A stretch of DNA of 27,337 nt, from positions 1-27,337 of the IMG/VR virus record IMGVR_UViG_3300024051_000012; one strand, written 5' to 3'. Below the pieces are notes generated by a model that was given only the letters and a program-made list of their open reading frames with translations, searched no databases and was not told the origin of the DNA. Shown in pieces: positions 6,813 through 16,309 of the stretch. Within the stretch, counting starts at the first letter, position 1; each line of letters starts with the position of its first letter. Source of the stretch: a virus (lineage: Duplodnaviria > Caudoviricetes). Made by a program: the position numbers and the translations under genes.

Positions 6813-9622
6813 CAGTCGCCCGCTCGACCGTAGAAGCGGCCCCACGCGTAGCAGTCGGCCGCCGTCATCATCGCCACCCACACCCACGGGGCACGGGCCG
6901 AAGCGAACTCCCACGACGCGTCATCGACCAGGCGGCCAGTGACTGGCACGGCACGTGCGCCCGTGTGATTCCAGTACGTCTTAGGCCAATACCCGGCAGG
7001 CTGATCCCTCCAGCCCCACGCCTGCAACAGTCCCTTGTCTTCGAGGCTGTCGTCTTCCCACGGGTCTTCGTCTGCTGTCAGCGGATCGCCAACCCACGCC
7101 AGAAGCTGTGCGGCGGTGACGGGCTTGCCGAACACGGCAAGGCTGAACCGTGTGGGACTACTCGTGTACCAGTCGGTGCGCACCACGGTGCCGAAAACTC
7201 CCAACGGAATGCGGCGCACGTCCCACAGTCCGCCGTTGACGGCATGCTTAGGCATTCGGCCACCCGGCGATTCTGCGTCGAACGTCGCGCGGTCCGTCTG
7301 CACGGCGCCCTTCAGGAGCCTGTTGATGGCGAGCTTCGCTGGATCGGTAGCGTTCCGATCCGCGGTTGCCATCGCCTGGACTGTCGGATAGTCGCGGGCC
7401 TTCGAGTCCACGGTGATCCGCACCTGCTCGCTGGCGACATCCACTTGCGTGACGTGAAGCAGCAGGTCTTGGCCGTGGATGCCACGCACCTTCACGTTCA
7501 TGCCCTCACGGATCGCGAAGCGCGACATCTGCGGCGGGTCCATCGTGAACGTGATCGACCCAGCCCATCCTGGCGTGATCGAGCGCGCCAGCATCTCACG
7601 AATGATGGGCGTGGCCTGCGCCTTCGTGTAGCCCTGGCCGAAGTTCACCTTGTCTTCGATGCGCAGAATGCTCGCGTCATAGGCCGAATTCGCGCCGAGG
7701 TCATCGCCGTCAGGGCCGAGGCGGCGCGGCTCCACCTTCGGCGACGACGCGAGCGGCGCAATGAACGCACCGTCAAGCGTGCCAGTGTTCGCGCCCGTGT
7801 CAAACGTCGCGGCCCACGTTTGCGGGCCGATCACGCGGTCCCTGAGAATGCCCAGCCGCTCCTGCATCCTGCCGCACGCGTTGGCGTCCGACTGCGAGTA
7901 GTAGCCATCGACGGGCAGGCCCATCTTCGCTTCCCACACGCTCACACCGTTGCCGGTGTCCGTGTCGGCGTCACGCATGCCGACAGTGATCCAGCGCGAC
8001 GGGCTCGCGAAGGGGTATCGCGGCGTGTCGTCAGGATGCCAGTTCGGGTACTTCCAGTTCATCCACCGACCACCGTCGGGCGCGACGCCCTCCGCGTAGA
8101 TCGCGTTCGTCCAGTCCGTCGAATCGGCCTGGATGTCAACCGTGATGCCGCGCTGGCCAAATCGCACATCGACGTCCACCGTGGTGGTGTTCTTGCGTGC
8201 CAGCACCGGAGTGCGCTCAGCGCACGTGACCGTCCACTGGCGGCCATCCTTAAGCGCCGTCGCCAGCAGCTCCTGCACAAAGCCCGTCATGGTCGGCTCC
8301 CAGCCGCCAGCGACTGAGCGAGCGATGCCCGTCGTCACCTTCGCCATCTTCTGGGTGCGGCGAGAAATCGCGCCATTCATGATCGCGGGGATGAGCGTGC
8401 CGATGTCCTGTGGCGCAGTAGAAGTGGACGGCTTGCGCAGCTGATAGTCCGACGCGTGCACCACACCGATGCAGTCCAGCCCCCAATGCCCAGTGTCATC
8501 GCTCACCGACGTGCCGGTCACGACGCCCTCCCACGCCGACTGCACCGTCTCGGAATCGATGAGCAGGTATTGGATGGAGACGTTCGCGCCGGGCTTCGCC
8601 CATGCGGGAATCGCCACCCACGGCGTGATTTGCGGCAAGTCAATGCGTGCCGAACGCGGGCCAAACGGCTCCGAACGGGTGTACATCACTGACGGCAGTT
8701 CGGCGCCCAAATAGGCGGTGATGTCCACACCCTCGGCGACGACACGGCGATACGCCCACGGCGCATCGGTGCGTGCAGTCGGCTGCCACGCGTCCATGTC
8801 CACACGGCCATCCACAATGACCGGCGCGGGCATGGTTTCTGACACGTGGCGAATCGGCGCTACGCCATCCGGTGCGAAGTCCGCATCGGGCCACGACGGC
8901 GGCTCCTGTGAGCCAGCAGAGTCGCCAGGATCGGGCAGGGTCGGCTCGTCAATGTCGCCCACCGTGATGACGCCAGTGGCGTTGATTCCCCACGATGTGG
9001 CGCCCTCGACGCCAACCGACGGATATACGAGCGCGGCGATGGCCTGTGCGGTATCCACGGCCGTCTCAGCATCGACGGTAGTGTCGTCAAACTCCCACAC
9101 GCCGAGCAGTCCGCCCGCCGTGGGGGGCAGGTACATTGTTGCGGCGGCGGGCGTGGAGCCAGCATCGCCGGTCGCGATGACGCCGTGAACGTTTGTGGCG
9201 ACAATCGTCTCGCTCGAAGTGCCAACGAGGGCGAACACGACCACGCCAGCACCAAGCGCAGGCACGAGCGGCACCGCGCTCGCGATGTATGTGTCATCAA
9301 CCTGCGCCGCAACGAGGGAGTTGGCCGATACGACCAGCAGGCCGAGCGGGCCAGTCAGGAGTGCCGAGTTTGATGCGGCCGACAGGTCAGAGAAGGCGAG
9401 AAAGATTGCATGATCGCCGGACGGTGCAAGCGTGGTGTCACTCGTGAGCGTGGATGCTCCATCGGCGGTGGCACGAGGGATCAGATGCCCCCCAGCAAAT
9501 GCCGTCACGGGGTGCGGGACGGTGTTCGGCACCATCTCCACGTCGCCGAACGCGACAGTGGAGAACGCAGCACTCGGCGGGGTGAGCAGCCGCGTGGCGT
9601 CACCCAGATTTAGCGCGGTCAC
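6812..9622 (-). CDS. Large minor tail / baseplate hub protein with internal peptidoglycan-binding-like segment
   Basis: 936 aa shortly after the tape measure; hub-like WEGVVT, TNAIYAEG and IREGMNVKV segments; GLPVDG...Q..LGI..D.VIGPQTW motif. Confidence 0.8.
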   Translation of the reverse strand: MTALNLGDATRLLTPPSAAFSTVAFGDVEMVPNTVPHPVTAFAGGHLIPRATADGASTLTSDTTLAPSGDHAIFLAFSDLSAASNSALLTGPLGLLVVSANSLVAAQVDDTYIASAVPLVPALGAGVVVFALVGTSSETIVATNVHGVIATGDAGSTPAAATMYLPPTAGGLLGVWEFDDTTVDAETAVDTAQAIAALVYPSVGVEGATSWGINATGVITVGDIDEPTLPDPGDSAGSQEPPSWPDADFAPDGVAPIRHVSETMPAPVIVDGRVDMDAWQPTARTDAPWAYRRVVAEGVDITAYLGAELPSVMYTRSEPFGPRSARIDLPQITPWVAIPAWAKPGANVSIQYLLIDSETVQSAWEGVVTGTSVSDDTGHWGLDCIGVVHASDYQLRKPSTSTAPQDIGTLIPAIMNGAISRRTQKMAKVTTGIARSVAGGWEPTMTGFVQELLATALKDGRQWTVTCAERTPVLARKNTTTVDVDVRFGQRGITVDIQADSTDWTNAIYAEGVAPDGGRWMNWKYPNWHPDDTPRYPFASPSRWITVGMRDADTDTGNGVSVWEAKMGLPVDGYYSQSDANACGRMQERLGILRDRVIGPQTWAATFDTGANTGTLDGAFIAPLASSPKVEPRRLGPDGDDLGANSAYDASILRIEDKVNFGQGYTKAQATPIIREMLARSITPGWAGSITFTMDPPQMSRFAIREGMNVKVRGIHGQDLLLHVTQVDVASEQVRITVDSKARDYPTVQAMATADRNATDPAKLAINRLLKGAVQTDRATFDAESPGGRMPKHAVNGGLWDVRRIPLGVFGTVVRTDWYTSSPTRFSLAVFGKPVTAAQLLAWVGDPLTADEDPWEDDSLEDKGLLQAWGWRDQPAGYWPKTYWNHTGARAVPVTGRLVDDASWEFASARAPWVWVAMMTAADCYAWGRFYGRAGD

Positions 9623-9975
9623 GGCGCCACATACTCCGACAGCAAGTCGCCCGCACGAGCCGTTAGCGGATCACCCTCAGAGGGCGTCTGCGCGAACGTC
9701 ACCGCAATCGGTGGCCACACCAGATCGCCGTCGCTGAGCGCCGAGAACAGGCCGAGCGCGGCCACGTCGCCAATGCCTTCCGGCGCAAGGCCAAGATCGA
9801 CGTCCAGCACGTTCACTGTCGCCGACCCGTCAGAATCGAAGTGGTCGCGCGACACTGACAGGCCGGTCATGGCGACCAGCTCGCCGTCGCCGTCAATCCA
9901 GCCCGGCCACAGTTCGGCAGGCAGACCAGCCCACGCGGACTGCACCAGGCTCGCGCCATTCGCGAAATCAACCAT
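9619..9975 (-). CDS. Minor tail protein (118 aa)
   Basis: ATG coupled to the upstream TGA with GGAGG RBS; acidic small tail-module protein. Confidence 0.7.
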   Translation of the reverse strand: MVDFANGASLVQSAWAGLPAELWPGWIDGDGELVAMTGLSVSRDHFDSDGSATVNVLDVDLGLAPEGIGDVAALGLFSALSDGDLVWPPIAVTFAQTPSEGDPLTARAGDLLSEYVAP

Positions 9976-10412
9976 CAGGAGCCCTCCACAACGGCGCGTG
10001 AACACGGAATCGACAGCACGTACTCATGACGGCCGCGCGCAACCTGGAAGCCGTCAAGGCCAGAAGCGAGCGAGATGTCGGCGGGCTCGCAGTCATACAC
10101 CGTGTCCTCGCCCTCGATTGACTCGGTGAGCGTGAACGAGAATTGCGACAGGGCGCTGAACAGCGACTCGGCGTTGTCGCGCGCCGCCTGCCAGTCCTCA
10201 CCAAGCACCCGCACCACGCCCGTGAGCGTGACAGGGCCGCGAGTGGCAGAAATCAGCCGCCGCCCAGACTGGTACGGGCCATCCACGACCACGCGCGACA
10301 CTTCCTGGATCGGCGGGTTCCACTCCACGATCTCGAAAGCTTCATGGTCGTTGATCTCGAGCGCGGTGCTCGGCGTGGATACCTCAATCGACAGCGAAAA
10401 CAGGTCGCCCAT
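9975..10412 (-). CDS. Distal tail (Dit)-like protein
   Basis: Immediately after the tape measure, coupled start, 145 aa, beta-rich. Confidence 0.65.
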   Translation of the reverse strand: MGDLFSLSIEVSTPSTALEINDHEAFEIVEWNPPIQEVSRVVVDGPYQSGRRLISATRGPVTLTGVVRVLGEDWQAARDNAESLFSALSQFSFTLTESIEGEDTVYDCEPADISLASGLDGFQVARGRHEYVLSIPCSRAVVEGS

Positions 10413-13045
10413 CAGCGGCCTCCCGACTTCCGGTTAAGGCGATCCAGCGCATCCAGGCCGGGCTGGCCAGGGTTGGCGAAGTACGCGTTGTGGATGACCG
10501 TGGGGGCCTCCGAGCGGTGTGTGGATGAGACGGGCACCGTGACAACCTGGGGCGCGGCGGGGGCGATGGTGCCACCGTCCCGGTAGCCCTTCACCGCGAC
10601 GGCAGCCATGACGGCGCGCACGTCCTGGCGGCGGATCGCGTCCATCGTTGGAGTGCCCCAAAAGCGGTGCGCCGCGGCCGTCTGCATGTACTCGTTGGGC
10701 GAGGCCATGATCGGGATGTTGTCCGACATGTCCGACCCGATCCCGATGATGGGGCCGCCGAAGCCATACCGGCGCGGCACACCGCCACCACCGCCACCAC
10801 CAACGACACGGCCAGCACTCGACGCTGAGCCATAGTTGCTGTTGTAGGCGTCCGTGGCGACGTGCACCGTCACCCGGTCGGCCTCGATCTTTTGCTTCCA
10901 GTCCCAGTACTTCTCGTTGGCGGCGTGGAAGTCGATGTCGGGCTGAATCTCAGGCGCGAGGCCAGCCTTCGTCAGGCCCAGCGAGAACTCGTTGTTCGCG
11001 GCCTCGCCCTTCTCACCCCACAGTGCGACGATCTTGTTCCACTGCGCGTCCGTCGCGCCCGCGAGCGCGTCAAGCACTGGCGCTGACGACTGGCCCTGCG
11101 CCGCCAACTCGTTGAGCATCGCGCGGGCATTGCCTTGCAGATACTGCGGCGTGTCCGTGTTGATCCGCTCGGCCAAGGTGTTGACGTTGTCTTGCCACTC
11201 CTTCTGCGCCTTGACCTGGGCCTCGAGCTGCTTGATGAGGTCCTTGATCTTGACGGTCGTGCCGTCGTAGTAGTCCTCCCACGAGTCCTTCGCGGACTTC
11301 GTGGCGTCGGCGGTGGATTGAGCCAGATCCTTGTTCTTGTCGATCACGGCCTGGTAGGCGTCGGGCAGCGAGATGAATGACGAATTCGCGCCTTCGATGG
11401 CGTCGGCCCAGTCGTCGTATGCCTTCTGGGCGGCGGCGATGGCTTCCTTCTGCTCCTCGGTCAGTTCCACAACCTGCTGGCCGGACTGTGCGGCCAACTG
11501 CTGCTGGTTGTCCACCGCCGCGAGTGCTTCACGGTAGGCGGGCATCAGTTGGTTCAGTTCTTCGAGGGTGCCACCACCGGCCTCCCACTGTTGGCGCAGG
11601 ACGTCGAAGCGCTGGGCGGCGATGTCGGCGTGGCCGGAGTTGACGAGGTTGGCGAGAGCCTGGCCGATGAGGTCGATCTGGTCGATGGCTTCGGTGCGGC
11701 CCGTGTCGCCGTGGCCGAACGTGTGGCCGCGCACCCAGCCGCGGATGTCCTGAATGCGGTCCATCAGCGACGGGTTAGTGATGCGGTGCGCCGCATCGGC
11801 CATGTCGTTGATGTTGCCGGTCAAGCCAAACGTATCGTCCGAGATGCCGTCGAACACGCTCGAGATGTCTGTCATCTTCAGCAGGGCCGACGTGGTTTCC
11901 TCCACGCCAACGGTGACGTGCTTGTTCATCGACTCGAAGGCAGACGTGAGGGCCGTGACGCCCACCAGCAGCGCCGTCGCGAAGCCGCCACCCTTGGCAA
12001 GCTTGCCCATCGACAGGCCCACTCGCGAGAGCGCCGCATTCGCCGCGAGGAGGCGGGGCGCGAGCAGCAGGAAGCCGCCGCCAAGGAGGGAGATCGTGGC
12101 CGTCAGGCCCACCGCGGCGGCGATGGTGCGCTTGAGTCCGTCCGGCAGGCGCTGGAAGCCACGCATGGCGTCCGCGAGGTTGTTCAGCCAGCCGACCAGC
12201 GCACCGCCGCCCTTGGGGTCAACGAGCGGGGCCGCCAACTCTGACGCGAGATCACGCCATGCGGCCTTCACGCGGTCAAGGGCGCCGACGTAGGTTTGCT
12301 TGACGTTCGCGGCGGCGCCGCCAAACTTCGCCTGCATGCCATTCACCAGCGGATCCCAAATCTGACCAACTGGAATGCCGCCAGGCTCGGATGCCATATC
12401 TCGAATCTGTGCGGCCGTCTTGCCCATCTCGTCGCCAATGAGCTTGGCGGCGTCGATGCCGTAGTAGCCGAGACGTTGCAGGGCGTCGCCCGAGAGCCTG
12501 CCCTCTGAGTTCATTCGAGACATGATCTCCGCCAGGGCGGCGATCTGTTCGTTGCTCCCGCCCATGGCGGCAACAGCGTTCTGGATAGCGTCAAGCGTTG
12601 GGATGACGTTCTTTGCCTCCACGCCAAACCCAAGCATCTGCTGCTGGGCGGTGATGAACACCTGCTTGGCGAACGGCGAGTTGCGCGCGAAATCGTCCAG
12701 CTTATCCATCTGCGCGTTAGCCGACTCTGCCGACCTCAACAATGTCGTGAGCGCCGCACGAGATGACTGCTGAAGCGTGTTGTACGCGATGCCCGTATTC
12801 AGCAGCGCCGTCGCCAGGCCAGCCACCGATGCGCCATAGGCGACCAGTACAGCGCCGGACCGCTGCCACGCCTCACGGTTGACCTCAGCCGACCGGACCA
12901 TGCGGCCCATCGATGTCTCGATCTTCTGACCGTTGCGGTCAATGTTGCTCGACGCGTCACGAGTCGCATCAGCGGCCTGCGCCATCTGACGCTTGAAGTC
13001 CGCGACCTCAGCACGCAGGTAGACGGAGATTGTCCGGTCTGCCAT
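10412..13045 (-). CDS. Tape measure protein
   Basis: 877-aa Ala-rich helical protein, FARNSPF and LQRLGYYGI tape-measure domain, hydrophobic mid-segment, follows the tail chaperones. Confidence 0.93.
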   Translation of the reverse strand: MADRTISVYLRAEVADFKRQMAQAADATRDASSNIDRNGQKIETSMGRMVRSAEVNREAWQRSGAVLVAYGASVAGLATALLNTGIAYNTLQQSSRAALTTLLRSAESANAQMDKLDDFARNSPFAKQVFITAQQQMLGFGVEAKNVIPTLDAIQNAVAAMGGSNEQIAALAEIMSRMNSEGRLSGDALQRLGYYGIDAAKLIGDEMGKTAAQIRDMASEPGGIPVGQIWDPLVNGMQAKFGGAAANVKQTYVGALDRVKAAWRDLASELAAPLVDPKGGGALVGWLNNLADAMRGFQRLPDGLKRTIAAAVGLTATISLLGGGFLLLAPRLLAANAALSRVGLSMGKLAKGGGFATALLVGVTALTSAFESMNKHVTVGVEETTSALLKMTDISSVFDGISDDTFGLTGNINDMADAAHRITNPSLMDRIQDIRGWVRGHTFGHGDTGRTEAIDQIDLIGQALANLVNSGHADIAAQRFDVLRQQWEAGGGTLEELNQLMPAYREALAAVDNQQQLAAQSGQQVVELTEEQKEAIAAAQKAYDDWADAIEGANSSFISLPDAYQAVIDKNKDLAQSTADATKSAKDSWEDYYDGTTVKIKDLIKQLEAQVKAQKEWQDNVNTLAERINTDTPQYLQGNARAMLNELAAQGQSSAPVLDALAGATDAQWNKIVALWGEKGEAANNEFSLGLTKAGLAPEIQPDIDFHAANEKYWDWKQKIEADRVTVHVATDAYNSNYGSASSAGRVVGGGGGGGVPRRYGFGGPIIGIGSDMSDNIPIMASPNEYMQTAAAHRFWGTPTMDAIRRQDVRAVMAAVAVKGYRDGGTIAPAAPQVVTVPVSSTHRSEAPTVIHNAYFANPGQPGLDALDRLNRKSGGR

Positions 13046-13081
13046 AGCGGAAACCTCCCGGCGTGAGTAACGTAGGCCCGC

Positions 13082-13399
13082 ATGGGGACACTGATTGTTT
13101 TCGTTGTCGTGCTGGTCGCAGCGTTCGGCGTCATCATGGGATGCGCGCTGCTGAACCTCGAGGGCCGCGATAAGCGCGACGCCGCCACGCGAGCGGGGCT
13201 TACGACTCAGGCGGACAGTGTGCTCGACGGTCTATTCGACGGGCGGCCAGTCGTGACATTCACCGCCAGCAAAGCGACACTCGCGCGCGAAACGCTCATC
13301 GAAGGGGCTGGGATGCGCGGTTACGCGCTCACGTCAGAAACGCCGCGCCCCCAGTCCATCCGAGACGAACGCGACCTGGTGTTCACGAAAACTCAGTAG
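13082..13399 (+). CDS. Opposite-strand small membrane protein (moron-like)
   Basis: N-terminal TM helix; fills the gap between chaperone and tape measure; TAACGT -10-like box 8 nt before ATG suggests a leaderless transcript. Confidence 0.75.
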   Translation: MGTLIVFVVVLVAAFGVIMGCALLNLEGRDKRDAATRAGLTTQADSVLDGLFDGRPVVTFTASKATLARETLIEGAGMRGYALTSETPRPQSIRDERDLVFTKTQ

Positions 13400-13736
13400 C
13401 CCCATCGTTGGGCGGCAACTCGCCCGTGAACTCGATGAACCACTCCGTGCCAGGTGCGACCTCGCCCGCGTTCTTGCGGGCCTTCTCAATCACCTCTAGC
13501 GCGAAGTCCTGCCGCTGGACCGCGCGGAACCAGCCCATGTTGTTCGGGTCGCGCGTCAGCCACGCCGGATAGCCGCTCGATGTGAGCGACGCCTCAAACT
13601 CCGCCAGGCCCTCCATGAGGCCACGATTGAGGGCCGACAGGCGCAAGTAGTCCTCGGGAAGGATCGACCAGTCGCGAGCGGCTCGCAAGGCGCGAACTAG
13701 GCCGGGCCGAGACCAGAGTTCGCGTCCAAGAAAGGG
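13383..13736 (-). CDS. Tail assembly chaperone, -1 frameshifted extension (gpT-like part)
   Basis: The -1 frame is open from slippery C CCT TTC (13730-13736) through LGRELWSRPGLVRALRAARDW to the stop at 13383. Confidence 0.8.
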   Translation of the reverse strand, partial: PFLGRELWSRPGLVRALRAARDWSILPEDYLRLSALNRGLMEGLAEFEASLTSSGYPAWLTRDPNNMGWFRAVQRQDFALEVIEKARKNAGEVAPGTEWFIEFTGELPPNDGATEFS

Positions 13737-14314
13737 GCGTCAGGCTCAGCCCCCAACGTTGACACCTCGTTCAGGGCCTCCACGAGGATGCGGCGCCATG
13801 CGTCGTTCGCCTCGAACAGCTGCGTTAACTCGTCAACGCTCAACGCCGGCTCAGCCACGCCGCCGTCAGTGCCAAGGACGCGGGAGCGCTCCGACCCGGC
13901 GAACGCAAACCGCTCCACTGCAAACGACAGGGCCAGCGACTCCCGCTCGGTGGTGTTCTCAAGGAGTTTCTGCGTCCACTCGTCACGCTCGGCCTCGAAC
14001 CGCTCCGTGCGCTCCTTCGTCGCGCCGCGACCCACCGGGCGAGGCGGGTCAGGGATCGGCAACTGGGCATCGATCTGGACGCGGATCGGCTCGGTCAGGC
14101 GCGCCACCGTGATGTCGGCGCGGGATGCCACGAGGCGAGCCTTGGCGGCATCCCACCGCTGGCGAACATCATCAGTCAGATCGCCGTCGCGTGTCGCGTC
14201 AATCTCGGCGCGGATCGCCGCCAACTCGTCATACGCGGCCTGGTCGGCATACAGCGAGATCGTCTTGCGCCGGATGGTGCCGGTCGCAAGGAATTCTGAA
14301 AGCAGGTCACTCAT
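13697..14314 (-). CDS. Tail assembly chaperone (gpG-like)
   Basis: Between major tail and tape measure; ends ...DAPFL with a slippery heptamer. Confidence 0.85.
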   Translation of the reverse strand: MSDLLSEFLATGTIRRKTISLYADQAAYDELAAIRAEIDATRDGDLTDDVRQRWDAAKARLVASRADITVARLTEPIRVQIDAQLPIPDPPRPVGRGATKERTERFEAERDEWTQKLLENTTERESLALSFAVERFAFAGSERSRVLGTDGGVAEPALSVDELTQLFEANDAWRRILVEALNEVSTLGAEPDAPFLDANSGLGPA

Positions 14315-14321
14315 TTCACTC

Positions 14322-14399
14322 TCCCGTAGATCCCGTAGATGTTGCGGCCCCGAGGGGCCAACCCCCCACCAGCGCTACGGGTCGCCAGCGGGGGGCTGG
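14322..14399 (-). promoter_or_regulatory. Structured intergenic RNA: 17-bp hairpin whose loop complements tandem CUACGGG repeats at the chaperone RBS
   Basis: Stem 14358-14374/14383-14399 fully paired only on the minus strand (4 G-U pairs); loop ACCCGUAG; TCCCGTAGA x2 at 14322-14339. Confidence 0.65.
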
Positions 14400-14407
14400 G
14401 TCTTGGG

Positions 14408-14932
14408 TCAGGAGCCGGACACGATGAAGCAGTTCTTCGCGAAGCGCTTCACGGTCAGCGGCACGACGTCCTTGTGGTAGCCGTCGCCCGAGTTGTTGCG
14501 CGGGCTGTCGGTCTCGACCTCGAAGTAGTCGTACTCGTCGCCGACCTCCCACGGGTCTGTGGCCTTCTTGCCGCCGCGACGGATGGTGAGGAAGCCGCGC
14601 TTGCCGCGCTGCTTGTAGTCCTGGAACTTGTCGGACTGGATGTCGATCTGCCCGCCGTCCGACTGGGTGTGGTCGAACTGGCGCACAAACGTCAGCTCGC
14701 CCGACGCGTTCTTCTTCGTGAACACCTGCGCGGCGCTGGACTCATCGAGCACGCGCTCGGGCAGGGTGTCGGACGCGGTGGCGTCCAGGTTCAGCGGCGA
14801 CAGCAACTGGTCGGAAAGGTACACGACGTCGAGCGCCGTAACTTCCTCGAGGGTGATCGCCTCGATGTCTACCGGGGCGCTGGTGAGGTCAACGACGCGA
14901 GTGTCGTCGTCGGCGACTTGGCGAAAGGCCAT
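14408..14932 (-). CDS. Major tail (tube) protein
   Basis: AAGGAG RBS before ATG 14932; GFLTIRRG...WEVGDEYDYFEV motif; synteny. Confidence 0.85.
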   Translation of the reverse strand: MAFRQVADDDTRVVDLTSAPVDIEAITLEEVTALDVVYLSDQLLSPLNLDATASDTLPERVLDESSAAQVFTKKNASGELTFVRQFDHTQSDGGQIDIQSDKFQDYKQRGKRGFLTIRRGGKKATDPWEVGDEYDYFEVETDSPRNNSGDGYHKDVVPLTVKRFAKNCFIVSGS

Positions 14933-15018
14933 GATTGCTCCTTGGGTGGGCCGCGCCGACGGCGCGGGTGGATGGGTTGCCCGTAGTTCCACGCGTCGCG
15001 CGCGGAAGAATGAAGCGG

Positions 15019-15429
15019 CTAGGAGTCGGAATCGCCAGTTGGCGCGGCGTCGTAGCGCATCAGGTCGGTGCAGTAGATCGGGTGGCCAGCGCCGGGAAGC
15101 TTCACTGAGCGATCCACGGACGGCGGCGCCTGGCTTGCACGCAAAGTGATGCGGCCATGCCAGCCGGCTGGGCGCACATACGCGCGATCCAATGCGTCGC
15201 GCACGTCAGCCACCATGTCACGCAACTGCTCATCAGACTCCGCGACGTACATCACCTGGAAGTAGTCGCCGATGGGCTGCTCGCCGCCCATCGTCAAGGC
15301 GCGACGCATGAACTCCGGCGCGATGATGACCACGTAGGGAGCCTCCGGCAGGGGATTTGGCGCCTCCGTGCGAAAGCATCCGATGCCGCTCGGGATCAGC
15401 GCCTCGATAGCATCCAAGTGCACGCTCAT
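15019..15429 (-). CDS. Tail terminator protein
   Basis: PYVVI...FQVMYVA...VRDALD motif; synteny. Confidence 0.75.
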   Translation of the reverse strand: MSVHLDAIEALIPSGIGCFRTEAPNPLPEAPYVVIIAPEFMRRALTMGGEQPIGDYFQVMYVAESDEQLRDMVADVRDALDRAYVRPAGWHGRITLRASQAPPSVDRSVKLPGAGHPIYCTDLMRYDAAPTGDSDS

Positions 15430-15917
15430 AGCACGTCATCCAGCAGGTCTGACAGGGCGGCCTCGAAGTTCTTGGCCTCGTTGTCAAGCGCGATCTGCGG
15501 GTCCGGCACTGTGGGTGTGCCACGACGGCCTGGCGAGGGGAAGATCGCGATGTTTGCCAGTGCGGCAGGGGATTGCGAGCCGGTCGTGAAGTCGGATTCG
15601 TTGAAGGCGACTCGATCCCGACCGGCAGTCGTGCGACGCTTCCCAGTGACACCACGAACATCCTTATTCGGGCCGATCTCCGCCTCGATCACGCCATCGC
15701 CCATGAACGATTCCTGGCGGATGTCGTAATCCACTGTGTGCGCGACGGGCTTGAAGTGCACGGATCGCTCAAAGTTGCCAGCGATCTCATCCTTGATGTT
15801 CTGGGCGCCCTTCTTCACAATCGGCACCACATGACGATTCAGCTGCTCCGGGACGGCGCGCATGTCAGCGGCCAGCGTCCGCAACTCGGACGCATCAAAA
15901 GCGGGCTTGGCGGTCAT
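15426..15917 (-). CDS. Head-tail joining / HK97 gp10-like neck protein
   Basis: IVKKGAQNIK, AEIGP, ALANIA motifs; synteny. Confidence 0.7.
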   Translation of the reverse strand: MTAKPAFDASELRTLAADMRAVPEQLNRHVVPIVKKGAQNIKDEIAGNFERSVHFKPVAHTVDYDIRQESFMGDGVIEAEIGPNKDVRGVTGKRRTTAGRDRVAFNESDFTTGSQSPAALANIAIFPSPGRRGTPTVPDPQIALDNEAKNFEAALSDLLDDVL

Positions 15918-16309
15918 GCCGTCACCTCCTCGATGGGGAAGCGTCGGGCCGTCGCGAGAGACTTCACGCTCGGACCAGCGATACGGAACACGCGGCCCAC
16001 GAGCGCCGGATCAAGTCGGGACGCCGTGATGGTTACCACATCGTCGGCGGCGAAGTCTGGCGCCGAGATCGGCACATGCAGGTGGTAGCGGATCAGCGTG
16101 TACGTGTGGCCGCCAGCAACAGCGGTCTGCTCGTACGCCTCAAACGACTGCACCTTGCACTTGCCCACATACACCGACTGCTTCGTGTCGGCGTGCTTGC
16201 GAGTCGCCGGATTGTAGGTCCGACCCGTGATGCGCTCAACGGTGCACGCGTCGAGCATCAGCCGCTCGGCGGCGCGACGCCCTGCCAGGGTTGCGCTTAC
16301 GGCGCTCAC
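15914..16309 (-). CDS. Head-to-tail stopper (DUF6093-like)
   Basis: GRRAAERLMLDACTV...VYVGKCKVQ...ATARRFPIEEVT. Confidence 0.8.
   Translation of the reverse strand: MSAVSATLAGRRAAERLMLDACTVERITGRTYNPATRKHADTKQSVYVGKCKVQSFEAYEQTAVAGGHTYTLIRYHLHVPISAPDFAADDVVTITASRLDPALVGRVFRIAGPSVKSLATARRFPIEEVTA

Noticed and set aside
1531-9622. Diversity-generating retroelement or invertible tail-fibre cassette
   Set aside because: No reverse transcriptase, invertase or template/variable repeat pair visible in the window
10780-10805. Poly-Gly (CCACCG)n stretch in the tape measure gene
   Set aside because: Ordinary low-complexity linker
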